This document shows, in pieces, positions 22,822 to 34,502 of a DNA stretch of 64,000 bases. The first letter of the stretch is position 1, and the number at the start of each line of letters is the position of its first letter. The stretch spans positions 8,618,001 through 8,682,000 of the forward strand of contig CP110439.1 in the NCBI GenBank assembly GCA_026914245.1, in the 5' to 3' direction. The position numbers and the translations under genes were made by a program. The notes under the pieces were generated by a model. It had not been told where the DNA came from. It was given only the letters and a program-made list of their open reading frames with translations, and did not search any database. Origin of the DNA: Puccinia triticina. Lineage: Eukaryota.

Positions 22822-23435
22822 TATGCATTTTGCTATTTAAGCCACAAGGAGCGGATCAATCCGAGAGTTTATCTGGGCCTGCATTGGGCGGATCACTCCA
22901 ATGCCCAATACTTATCCATCCCCACAGCTTCCTAATGCTATGGAAATGTGGAGCTTTGAGGGCCGTACATATACCAAAAAATCACAAGCTTTTCAATGGT
23001 CTGGGAGGCATGACCAGAATCAGGGCGCTTGTGGGTGATTTGGGGGTTGTAATGCCCTCCCCAGCCAAATGGCTGGTTGCGCTCACGCAAGATTTGGGAG
23101 ATTATATTCAAGTCCATCCTTCGGAGGCGCTTCGCGCCTCCTTGGAAGGAAGGGACTTGTGTTAAGTTAGGCACAATTGGTGGCTGGTTTTTTGTGCAGG
23201 TTTCTCTCAGAGGATGCTACAAGCCCTTAAACACCACACTTGAAATAATTCAAGTGGCATTCTTGCTGTGCCAATGTTGGGAGCGTAGGCTCGCTTCGGG
23301 AGTTCAGCCTACCCCCCGGGGGCCCGAAGTCTCGAGGGCGAGGGACTTTGCCAAGTTCGCGCCGCAAGTTGAACTAGGCCTCCAAGGCCTGCACGCAAAC
23401 AAACTTTCGTTTCCGCTCCAATCGTCGTCGACGGC

Positions 23436-23924
23436 ATGTCTGAAGCCGATGGAATTCCGCCCAACGAATGTAGGACCGATGGACAGTTTTTAATAGATCT
23501 GAAAGTTGAATTTGGGTAGGTGTATACATACTCCTTTCCTGACTCTCATGATTCGATAATCTTACTCATGCTGATGTCTTTTTCATGATTCGATAATCTT
23601 ACTCATGCTGATGTCTTTTTTTTTTTTTTTTTTGGATGGGACAGAGGCGGCCTGGAAAGCTTATTCTCAAACCAGACCAGTTTGGAGATCCAACTAGCCC
23701 AACCACACACGATGGGTCATCTGGTCTCGATTCTCTCAGCGCAGGTCAAGCCGCAAAAGTCGCTCTCGTTATTCTGCTCGAGGGAACCGGAATGGGATAT
23801 CAAGCCGGGAATTCTGCCCCTGGTCAACGATGAGGATTGGGAGCTTTTGGAACCGAGTGGAATGAATGCCGTCTTGAAGCAGGGTGATAACGTGATGTTT
23901 ATCAGTACATTACATGGCGGTTGA
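23436..23924 (+). CDS. URM1: Ubiquitin-related modifier 1 (exons 23436-23515, 23645-23924; 119 aa)
   Basis: Spliced product has [27 protein letters not shown] and the C-terminal FISTLHGG. Confidence 0.95.
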
Positions 23925-24096
23925 TCATGTTTCACGTATATCTTCGATGGAGTAAATTAGTCAAGCCGTTTAGAACAGAATGCGTTATAGGAACCGGAAT
24001 GATCAGATCGTGAAGGTGTCCCTCGTTGGATGAGGGTCAGCATGAGGTGGTTGAGCTTTCTATAAGGTGGTCGTCGTATCTTGAACTGGGGATCAA

Positions 24097-24547
24097 TTAC
24101 TTTTGATTGTCTTTCACATTCGCGTATTGCTCTGGGGTAAAAGTTTTCTAATCGAAAGCACATAAAACAGATAAATGGAACGTACGAGAGAAAGAGAACC
24201 GAATGTATATACAGGAAAAGAACACTTACCTGACTGAAGGCATGCAACTCACTGATCTCATCCCTAAGCCGCTCGTTTACCAATCGGTGTTTGGCCAGTG
24301 TAGTCTTACCGGCAAATTCTGGGGAAACAATCAACACCTGAGGTGACGATTGAGGCAAGCAGAGGTCGCGGACTATCAGCGCTAATATTTTTGGGTTCTT
24401 TGATTGTGAAGTTCTGAGGCCTCGAGACACTTCACCTACCTCATAAGACTGGCCACACCCTCCAGAGATATCGAGCACTTTCCTCTCAATCGCCATCGGG
24501 AAACATTCTACTAGTCTCTGTTCCAACGATTCCTGTGAGATAGGCAT
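24097..24547 (-). CDS. BOL2: BolA-family protein, cytosolic Bol2/Fra2-like (exons 24547-24440, 24337-24230, 24147-24097; 88 aa)
   Basis: DISGGCGQSYEVLIVSPEFAGKTTLAKHRLVN...EISELHAFSQKTFTPEQ after GT-AG splicing; no N-terminal presequence. Confidence 0.85.
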
Positions 24548-24597
24548 TATCCTATTTGGCTGCGATTCGAAACTACTCTGCCAGAAGGTGTTTAGCA

Positions 24598-24598
24598 C

Positions 24599-24632
<34 letters not shown>
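24598..24632 (+). repeat. (TGA)n microsatellite
   Basis: About 11 TGA units just upstream of the BolA ATG. Confidence 0.95.
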
Positions 24633-24845
24633 AATGTGCTGGCGTGTATCGTTGAATTTAAATGCTTTCTTTCATCCTCCTTGGCCAGCTCTTCAAGCCA
24701 AGCTGTGATTAGCAACATTTCTGCAAGGATATGATATGGGAGTCGGCTGCGCAGTGCACAGTCTGAAGCGGGGGCACCGGGGAGTGCGCTTTGATCGAGC
24801 AGTCCTGGAGACTGGCGCCATCCAAGACGATCATCAACATCAGCC

Positions 24846-25250
24846 ATGTCCTATCTGGTCGCCGGATCACTATCTCGTTTGCTATTACGGCCGCAAAGCT
24901 TCCTGGGCGTATCGCTCTCGCGGAGATGGGCATCGACCGACCAATCGCCTGAACCAGCTCGGCCGTACACCCCTCCAACCAGTCGACGTGCGCTTGGCCC
25001 CGCTGGGGGTATCCTCCTTTCGCCAACGGCGGTTAAGAATCTGTTCAATTACCCTGAGTTTAAACACAAGAAACGGCCTATCCTCCCATTCAAAAAATGG
25101 AGATTGGTAAGCTGGTCTTCAGGCCTTTTCCTTATTTTTCAACAGGGCGTCACGGCATGCTGAGATCGGCTCTCGTCTTCTTGGCTATCCCTCTTTCCTC
25201 TTTTCCAGCAACGGATGCGCCGACTCAAAGATAACAAGAACAAAGTCTGA
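24846..25250 (+). CDS. Small basic protein with a mitochondrial-presequence-like N-terminus (exons 24846-25106, 25209-25250; about 100 aa)
   Basis: Arg/Ser/Leu-rich N-terminus ending RRWAS; GTAAGC...TTTTCCAG intron; K/R-rich C-terminus. Confidence 0.65.
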
Positions 25251-26027
25251 TTGAATCCTAGCGTCTCCACCGTCGAATGTTACCAAACGTCGACTGTGCG
25301 TCGCATATCCTCAATCTTACAAGAAGAAGAAGAAAAAACGGGACTGGTTCTTCGCTGCCTAGACCCCCCGGCCCGTCAACTGCTTTACTTGGAAGATCAT
25401 TCGAATGATGAAATCGGACCATACATAATCAGCACGAAATTTCATTCTGGAAGCCTCACGACTTGCGTATATGTAGCTGTCCGCCGGTGTTGAGCTTGTG
25501 GGGACCTGTCCGCGATCTTTGTTCTGATGTGTACACTGTCGCTCGCTCATGAGCTGTTGACCGATGACTCAAGCACGGCGTTTCCAGTACATAATCGCCC
25601 CCGGCGGCCGTGTTACCAAATAATTTAGTTGTGTACGGAATGAAGTCTTTGTCCGATTCGTGAGGCTGGACAGCGTGGCTGACCGGTATCCCTGAGTTGC
25701 TGGAGACTCTGGCCGGAAGGCAGCTGTCCTCTACACACGAAAAAAAGGAAGAGGATTTGAATAAATGGACACATTCACGACATGTTTCGGCTGAACAGGG
25801 TCGGCCTCCATGGCTATTCGAGTATGTACATGAGGTTTGCAGTTTAGCATGTCACGTGTGTATGCAGGTGGGCTTGAGTGCTGACAGCCAGCCCACTCTC
25901 GGGATCGAGGGTGGGCTGGTTGGGTTGGCCTGGGCTGCTTATCTAATCAGACCACCCCGCCCATCGCGACTGAGCCTCCGCCAGCCCCCCGGGCCAGCCA
26001 GCCCATCTCCTTGGCGGCGGTCCAGCA

Positions 26028-26391
26028 TAAGGTTCCGATCCGGTGCCCCGGAGCCGGATATCACCCATCCCGCACCCTGACCCTGGTCTTATCCGGAATC
26101 CGGCCGGACTTTCCCGGATCTGAAAGCAAGGGGCATTTCCCAAAAAAAGTACCAATTTGATCGGGTATGCCGGGGATTCCCCGGTAGGGTACCCGATTCA
26201 TGCGGGTTCAACGGGTATTCCCCGAGAAAAGACCTTATTTTCGGGTGGGTTTACCCGCATAAATCTCGCTTTTGGAGCGCTGTTCACTATCCGACCGGAT
26301 TCCGGATCCCTTGAGCTCAATCCCGAGCCTTGATCTGGCGTGCGGGGTTTCCGGATTTCTCCGGATCTGCGGGGTCCGGATCGGAACCTTA
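26028..26391. mobile_element. hAT-like MITE with TAAGG ends and CCGGA-rich subterminal repeats
   Basis: 16-bp TIR TAAGGTTCCGATCCGG / CCGGATCGGAACCTTA; TSD not clean. Confidence 0.75.
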
Positions 26392-26558
26392 GGACTCCAG
26401 CACTCCAGCTGGGCTTATTTAATCACCAGCTCACACTCTGCCCACCGCCGGCGCCCACCATCCACAAGCCAACTGCACTCCAACGCATTAAACAACGCCA
26501 AGTGCTCCTGACAAATTGCTTGCTTACATACGACACGATACGATGGCACTCATCCTTA

Positions 26559-27320
26559 ATGAAGCCCAGGCCGAAGAACCAACGATATTCGAGCCATCAG
26601 CAGCAGCAGCACTACCGCTCATCATCCCAGAACCAGCAGGGCGCAAACACCATCGTAAGCACAGAGCTCATCTCCCCATCAGCAACCACACACTCACCTC
26701 ATAAGCCCAACCCCCACGCAGACATCCTCCCCCTCAACGAACACCCCAGCACCCTCCCACTCGCCCCGCAGCCACCCTCCCCCAACCGACACCCCACCTT
26801 CCTCCTCAACAACTTCCCCCACCGGCCTCACTACTACCAGCCAGACTCAGTCGGAGCACAGCCCGGATACTGTCTCTCCCCCGTCCCCCCCTCACTCCGC
26901 CACCTCACCAACGCTGCCTCGCCAGCTCACCGCCGCTCTGCCTGCCCATCCGGACCGAAAACCACACTCACATCCCCCGCCCACTGTCCTGCATCCTCAG
27001 CCGCACTCTCCTCCCTGCCCTCCCTCTCAACAACTATCGCCTCATCAGCCTCATCCTCATCCTCATCATCGCCCTTCGAAATAGCATTGCTCTCCGAGCA
27101 CAAACCAGCAGCGGAAGACACGCCCAGCCGTAGCCAAAAAGCGGCCCCCGCCTCGATGATCATCACCAAGAAGATCCTCCCCATACCCCCCAGTCTGTCC
27201 CCCAGGGTCCGGCAAATCTTCCTGAACAAGATCAACTCCCAGCAGGCCCAATCATGTGCGCAGCTGCCGCGTCGGAAGAAAAAGAAGGCCGTCGAACCAC
27301 TATCCCTCCCCCCCGTCTGA
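26559..27320 (+). CDS. Hypothetical Pro/Ser/His-rich disordered protein
   Basis: Open frame from ATG 26559 (MKPRPKNQ...) with a C-terminal basic RRKKKK patch. Confidence 0.5.
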   Translation: MKPRPKNQRYSSHQQQQHYRSSSQNQQGANTIVSTELISPSATTHSPHKPNPHADILPLNEHPSTLPLAPQPPSPNRHPTFLLNNFPHRPHYYQPDSVGAQPGYCLSPVPPSLRHLTNAASPAHRRSACPSGPKTTLTSPAHCPASSAALSSLPSLSTTIASSASSSSSSSPFEIALLSEHKPAAEDTPSRSQKAAPASMIITKKILPIPPSLSPRVRQIFLNKINSQQAQSCAQLPRRKKKKAVEPLSLPPV

Positions 27321-27986
27321 TCCGCTCTCCCTCCATCTCGTCAGTCTCGATGGCCGGCCTGATTCAATGTTCTATAGACTTTCCTCTCTTGTAAATACCT
27401 ATCATCAGCCCCTCCTATAACCCCTGTTGCTCTTTCTGTCCCTCCCTCATGTCCTCTCTTCCCCCTCCTATTTGTTCTTTCGTCTTTTTTGTGTGTGTGT
27501 GTGAAGGATGTCGCTCGTTCATAATATATCCTCTCCCATCTGATCTCCTCTGCGGATCTCCTTGTCTTCCTTTCTGTATGGACACATGTATACCTGTCTC
27601 CTGTTTTAATCACTTTTTTTGCATACTGTCTTGGCCATTCTTCGTCTTGCTATTGTGTTTGTAACTCTTATTTATGTGGTCTCGTTATCAACCACTTCGA
27701 CAATTTTCATACAAACTAGGAAATTACAAACAAATTCACATAAAAAAAAAGCTCGCTGTCAACTCAGTGATTCATGACGCCACCCTCATCCATGTGGGGC
27801 TCTATTTAACTGTGCCCGAACTTCAGGATGCCCATAGCCTTAGATCTTGGTATGAAGCATCCAGGCACGTAATCCCAATTTTAACGTGTTTCTGTACATA
27901 AAGAAAACTGGAGCCCTGCTCAGGTGGCTGCACGTCGGCAGGAGAGCCCGACAAGCCAGGTCTACCCACTACAGACTCTCTTACCC

Positions 27987-28117
27987 TAGCTTAACTAAGC
28001 CTCTCGAACGGAGAGTCCGGGGGACCCCGCCCCGAGGGCTCTCCGCAGGAGAGGGAGGGGCCGCTTCGCGGCCAGCCACAGCGAGCCTCCCACCAGGGGG
28101 GACTTGTGTTAAGTTAG
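27987..28117. mobile_element. 131-bp mini-element of the CTTAAC-terminus family
   Basis: TAGCTTAACTAAGCCTCTC...GACTTGTGTTAAGTTAG; 9-bp TSD CTCTTACCC/CTTTTACCC (8 of 9 match). Confidence 0.85.
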
Positions 28118-28845
28118 CTTTTACCCGACTCCAAGACAGCACTGAAAAAAAAAACCTTTGTGACATTTCTATAAAACAGCCTTTCATGAACAGGGCTAAA
28201 TAGTCTTTTCCGACGAGCCTGGACTCTGAAAACTTGGAGATTTTGTCAAAATTTAAGCATAAACAAGATGAAATTGGTGTTGAAGTTGCCAACTTAGACC
28301 AGGCTATATAAATGGGGATGAACAGAATACAAGAATAACATTTACGTATGTATATCTCGAGATGTGAGGCCGCGACTGCTGAGTAATGATGACGTTTTTG
28401 CTTGAGCAATTGTCAGAAAGCAGCGTGAACTGACTGAGGGTTGAGCGCGGATGGTGTGAGGGACAAGGTGGTCAGCACGAGTGCTCTGCTCGGTGGTGCT
28501 GAGGCTGACTGGCTTGGCCGAGGAGACCTTCGCGCGAACACATGGCGAGGAGAGGAGGTCCCCAAGTCTACCTCTGCCGACCGAGCATGGCTCGGGTGAT
28601 CCCACTCCAGCTGGCTGGGCAAAGGCATCGGCCACCGACTCCAGTGCTATAATAGAAAGACTCACTCACTCTCACCCACACTTCCTCCCCACCAGTTTCT
28701 TCCTCTGCTCAAGTAGTTCAGTCACAGTACCCGTCTCCACCCAAACTCCTCCGCCAGGTTATTAAACCTTTTGACAGAACCTCCAAGCAAGGCTGATAAA
28801 GACTCCTGGAGACCAAAAGCGTTTAGTTAAAAAAAAAAAGGAAAA

Positions 28846-29652
28846 ATGGGCTTATCGGACATCAGGATGTAAGTGCTCTTATGATTCACGTATTGAACGA
28901 GTCACAGAGGCGGGGATGTTGAGGATGATTCTGCAACAGATTTCGGTTGATAGTCCAGGTAGGCTTGACGACGCTCTCCCTGGCGGTCATCGGTCTGTGC
29001 ATCAAGGCGATGAACGACTTGGAGGAAGACAAACGGACGATCGCTCGACTGCTTCCTGGGGGACAAATCGAGGCCCGTAATATCGTCGGCAGTGGCGTCG
29101 CGTTGGTCATGGTTTCTTGTGGGATCGTCTTGATGACCGTAAGAGAGACTCTCTCTTCTTCTATAAACAATAAGAAAAAAAAAACTGATTCGATTCACTG
29201 TTTGTCTTCCAAGATCCTCAACTCGATTTATATCTTGAAGGATAGATGTCCACAAGCAATCAGGAAGCGATGTCCAGCGGACTTCAGTAGGAAGACGATG
29301 GCCGTCTTTGCGTTCATCCTCACGCCGATCAACATTGCCCAGAGCTGTCTGACAGCCACTCAGAGCGCCCGGGTAAGCTCGAGCACCCTGCCCGCAGACA
29401 CCGTCGAAAATCTCGTCGCATTCTCCGGCCGTAGTTTGCTCTATAAGGACAAGGTGACCATCGTCGATTACACGGTCATCGCTTGGATCACCTTGCTCCT
29501 CCTCCTCATCGGGTTCGTCTTTTTTTTAAAAAAAATCTCAGCCCCTCATAACTCTAACGGGTTAATTTTGACAACACAGGATCACTATCGAATCCTCCAA
29601 GTTTTCCAGACCTGAATACGGTGACGCTGATCAAGAGAAAACGAGTGCCTAG
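28846..29652 (+). CDS. Small multi-exon multi-pass membrane protein (MARVEL-like topology, unconfirmed)
   Basis: ATG 28846 followed by a GTAAGT donor; about four hydrophobic segments within ORF 28947-29615. Confidence 0.55.
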
Positions 29653-30426
29653 TCCTTCCATGACTTGCCCAAAAACTAAAAGAAAACATTAACAACCTCT
29701 TTCAATTCATCACCTTCCATCCATCATGACTGCACATCCTTTCCACAAATGAATCCAACCCCTCTTTTCTCTTTCCTGTTATTATTTTGCCTGCTTGTCT
29801 GCGACTGGATCAGTATTATTATCTACTTGTAGAAACGCGCTCCATTTTCTTTCTGTATCTCTCTGCCTCCATTTTCAGTTTGTTTGTTTGTTTGCTATCG
29901 TTGTTTGTTGTTGTAGTGGTTGATTTATCAAGAGCGTGATTTATGTGTTTTCTCTTTCCTGATCATGGAAAATACCAACCTTCAATTTAATTTGCATTCT
30001 CGTTATCAGTTTTAGACACAGCTGATGGCAAGATACACGCGAGCCTTTCTCCCGACGAAGACTTATGCCAAGTGCGAGCGGGAAATATCCGTTCTGTTCT
30101 CCTTGGGCATCTAACTTGACAGGCTAGCGCCGGGGCAGCGCGGGGGCCCTCTTGTTCTACGGAGAGGCCTCAGCTTATAGGGACGTACGCAGAAAAGCTC
30201 AATTTGCATGCAGCTTTTTTGCTTTGCGTCCTAACTTAACCAAGACCCCCCAATTTGACAAGGTGGCGCTGTCCGGCAGGCTCCGGTGGGAGCACCCGTG
30301 GGACCTTACTGAGGATTACGCCCACCTATAATCTCCCCGAGAGCTATCCCAGACCGCATAGCGACTTGCCCGAGCGCGACGGGACCAAGGTCGGCGTGGG
30401 GCGCAGTGTCGTCAAATTCCTTCTCC

Positions 30427-30835
30427 CAACGATGGGAGGTTACGCTACCCGTAACGGTAGCGTAACAAAAACGTAACGGAATCCTTGCCGTTATCGTTAC
30501 AATGACGGCGGCAAAGCTTCCGTTACGTTTTCTTTAATTTTTTTCCCTCTCTTCCTAGCCTCGTTACGTTATCCCTTGCAATTATAGAAGGATAAACTGC
30601 GCAAAAAAGGGGAGTTTTCCCCCTTTTATGGCATTTTTACCTCTGCTAACGCGGTTAACGCGTCATCGCCGTTATTTTTCCGGATATTGAGGGTGAAAAC
30701 ACCCTCTGTTACGTTACTCACCGGCCCAAGGAGCAATGTTGCCAGAATAACGGTAACACATTATCTGGTAACGATGGGAAGTTACATTACAAAAATCCCT
30801 CTAGATATCGTAATGTATGTAACTTCCCATTGTTG
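30427..30835. mobile_element. hAT-like MITE with GTTAC/GTAAC subterminal repeats
   Basis: TIR CAACGATGGGAGGTTAC / GTAACTTCCCATTGTTG, flanked by CTTCTCC(C) on both sides. Confidence 0.75.
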
Positions 30836-31519
30836 CTTCTCCCATCAGCTGATCTCACTTGGGCGCTCACCAATTGCATCCAACAAATCTGCAAGGATGT
30901 GTGGCGTTGCAAGCCCACCTCAACAAGTCATCTCCGACAGTCGCCCCGGCAACAGTCAAGCTTTTGTCCACTCCGCAAACCTGAATGTACCCTAAGTAAT
31001 TCCTAACTAGGAAACCGGTTGGGGTGGAGACAGTGCCGAAAAAAAATGATTACAGGGGAAAAAAAATTTTAAAAAGAAAAAAAGGAAGATCATCGAGAAA
31101 TTTGTAAAGATCATCGAGAAATTGTAGCTACTATGACAATTCATGACACACAGCTTGTAACGAAGAGACATGATCAGCAACATAGCAACGGGACCGGCAG
31201 CCGAGACGAACAATTATGACATTGTGACAGACAAGCAGATTAGCAAATTGCCAGGTGGATGGGAAATGGGAAGATCAGACGCCAAAGAAAATACACAAGT
31301 CAGAGGTCCAAGATGAACCGCTTGAAGCTATAAGCAACCCTTTGCCCCCCGCTTTGTTTCCCCCACATTATCTTGAACAATTGCTAGCTCCGACTCCTCC
31401 CCCCCCCACCTGCCGTATACATGTCATCGCCCCATCAGCTCATTGCGCCTGTAGTGTTGGCCTATCGTATTTGTACCCTTGGAGCCAATACTTTTCCCTC
31501 TTCCAAGACCCCGACCACC

Positions 31520-34502
31520 TCAAAAAGTCACTCCTTGAAAAGCGCCATGGAAAGCTTGTCCGACTTTGAGACAAACTCTTTCGAGTTCTTGACAACTTTC
31601 AGTAAGTTGTCCATGCGTTTGAGTGCCGCCCAACCGACCTCCACCAGTTCGCCAATCAGGACTACCATCTCGGCGCCGTTCATCCGGGAAGTATCGCTGA
31701 TACCCGGAAATAACGGTGCTACAGTCTTCGTAAAGCCCGCTAGACAATTTTTGACCGATCACAGAAGCACGTGGCACACCTCTTGAAACCGGTTCGTGGC
31801 GCTTGGCGATGAATGCTTCGCCATCACCTTCCGCTCCTTCTTTTTCTTGAGTACGTCCACGACCCGCTTGAGTGCCGACATGCCGGAATTGAATTCTTGT
31901 GTCATTCTTCCCTTTGCCGTCAGCTGCTTGGGCGAAACAATGGTTTCTATTGTTGCGAGTTGATCGTTGTTAGGTCGTGGACCGGGAGCAATGGGAGCGT
32001 TGACCCCACCAGTCCAGAAAGCGGGGTGAGCGGTGCTAAATGAAGGGAATTCCCCGTGATCCAGGCGAGTCCTCTTCGCTAAGTCCCAGTCACGAGTTGA
32101 GAAAGCCGTAGCGCTTGGTCGCTTGGAAGGGTTGGCCTGGTGTACCCGTGGGTTTGTGAGGACCTCGACATCGGAATCGCTGCCCGCGTCGCAGTTGATG
32201 TCGTTAGCGGCGTGGGAGAGGGGTCTACTGGGGGCCTTCTCAACAACCAGCATCTTGTACTCTTGCGCCAGATAGTACATGTGAATACATGCACTTCCGG
32301 ATCGAATAAAGTGCATGCAGCCACAGGCAATGAGCCGACCTTCAATGACCCCAAAGGGGGGCTTGTAATCCACACAGTAAGATGCCTCAGTTGGCTTGGA
32401 GAACGAATCTACTTGAAACTAAGGCCAGGGTTGTGTCAGTTTTGTGCATCAATTCAGGATGATGTTGGACAACGTACATGATTGTGGTACTTGTATACCT
32501 GAGCCCCGCTGAGCTCGAGGTACTGCTTCGTGAAACCTTTGGAACAATCCTTTGCCTTCTTTTGATACTTGTTAGTCCTCTGTTTGACAAATCCTGTGTT
32601 CACCTGGCAATAATCCCGGCCGTAATCAGGCTCGACAATGTCACAGAAAGTGTGAGTTAGCTCATCAATCCGTGGCCACTCGGATACTTTGATGTATTTA
32701 GTCTTCAGGACACGGTGCCAGGCTTCCGCATAATTATTTGTATGCATACCCTGGTGTGCGGTCTTATTCACACATAGATGATTTCAGTAAATTAGCACAG
32801 CGTTTGATGATGAGCCAGAAAAACAAGAAAAAACTTACCGTTCGAAAATGCAGCGACCAATGTTTGATATAAGTGTACCATTGTGTATCTACATAGGTTG
32901 CATACGTCGGGTTGATTTGCCGCCACTTGCTGAGATACAACATCATTCAGCCCATTGGGTAATCGACGGCGTACAGCATCTGGCGGAAATCTTCAATTGC
33001 CTTGGGTGATTGCTTGCCAAGATGAATAATGGTGTTGGTCTTCAATGCCTTCAAGACATGGAACAGGCACCAGTAAAGTAGTGGTGCTTGTTTGATGAGG
33101 TCAGCAAACGCTTCCTCGACGGCTCGCTTGATTGCCAAAGCACAGTCGCTCATCACGGCGTGTGGCACCAGGCCAGAAGAAGATCGTATCCACATGAGTA
33201 AGCGTGCAACAGGCCCCCTGTTTTTTTTGTTGAGTAAAGTAGCAAGTCAGTGTTTGGGTTGGGTGTGACGAGCGGTAACAATGAAAGGTACTCACGTTCC
33301 TAGGGAGCTGGTGAAGGCCCAGCATACAGGCAGCCCCTTGCCAGTGACGGGGTTTTGGATGAGAATTGTGTATAGGCTGACCTTGCGGCCTTGAGAGAGA
33401 AAGTAGTTCTGGACGGAGTTGTGCGTGGCATCAATGAAAATCATGGTCTTACCATGTTCAACCATCATCTCCCGCTGCCAGGGTGATTGGATGGCAAACA
33501 TGAAGTCCTCCGAGTCGGTGAGAGCGGGGGCGTAAGTGTACCAGCCGGTGCTGTGCAAATGAGCTCGCCAGAGAGAGAGTGAAACAAAAACGTCCGGGTT
33601 GCGTCTGGTGTGAATGGTGAGGCGTGTCTTGATCAGGTAGTTGACAAGGTCGTAGAGAACACCATTCGCCGCTGGAACGGCCGTACCGGTCCTAGTACAA
33701 AGCTAGGGAATTGGAAGTGCAATCTTGAATCAGCTATGGATCGATTGTAACTTGCAAACCGTACTCGCACTAGATGATTGAAGAAAGGACTTACAGCGTC
33801 AAGGTCACAAGATAACAAAAGGCGACGGATTCCCTTCCATCCAATACCAGAATCGACGCGCGCGATTATCCAGTCGTGGACAACCTTGGGGATTCAAGTA
33901 TTGTCCATGTCTTCCTTGGTGTTCAGCGCGTGGGAGTGTTTCCAGAACCAATCGACCTGCAGCGAATTGGTGGCGATGTCGTGAGTGATGGTGAATCTAG
34001 CCTCACAGCCACATTTTTGTCCTGAAGCCTCTTTCCGGGAATTGACCGGAGCTATGTGGAAACCGCTGCGAGGGCATTCGTAGTACAGCTTGAAGTAATA
34101 CCGGGCGGGTCGCCCGGGTTTCTTGATTGCGGATGGGCCTTTGTTGTAGAAAACGTTGTTGAGGTTCCATCGGATGGTGGCTTGCATTGCCTTGACAAAG
34201 TCGTATGCCTCGAGGAACAAGTCGCCTGGGATGGAGAAGCAGAATGGGTAACTGTTGAAGCTGGGTGTAGCACCATCGAGCCAGCGGACCATCCGTAACG
34301 TGCTCGGAGGGAGTTTGAAGCCATGGGGGACTGGAATCTCTTGGATGAACGGCTCGGGGACTATATCTTCGATGTCTAGGATGAGGGGATATTGGTTGGT
34401 CGGAGGTTGGGGGTTTGCGGAGAATGTATGTTCAATGAGTGCTAGCGCAGAAGAATGAGCAGATGTGGTCGTAGGATTAGCGGATGGAGTGAGGGGTGGC
34501 AT
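31520..34502 (-). pseudogene. Mutator-like (MULE) transposase, intron-containing, with in-frame stop
   Basis: WRKY/FAR1-like C-C-H-H domain (YECPRSG...KCGCEARF...KHSH); catalytic FIDATHN, MSDCA...CLFH and TNNYAEAWH; SWIM finger CGC...CIH; premature TGA at 32947-32949. Confidence 0.9.

Larger units (their letters stand above)
9531..23170. mobile_element. Non-autonomous DNA transposon (CTTAAC-terminus family, Mutator-like or AcademH-like) hosting the Gypsy element
   Basis: Ends TGAGCTTAACTAAG... and ...ACTTGTGTTAAGTTAG; perfect 9-bp TSD GCACAATTG (9522-9530, 23171-23179). About 0.8 kb once the LTR element is removed. Confidence 0.85.

Noticed and set aside
23957..24847. 296-aa ORF as a long BolA fusion protein
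   Set aside because: The frame reads through a 102-nt in-frame intron and a microsatellite; the spliced 88-aa model fits BolA.
24846..25250. Assignment as mitochondrial ribosomal protein uL24m
   Set aside because: The KKW motif is suggestive, but no KOW motif follows in the spliced model; left unnamed.
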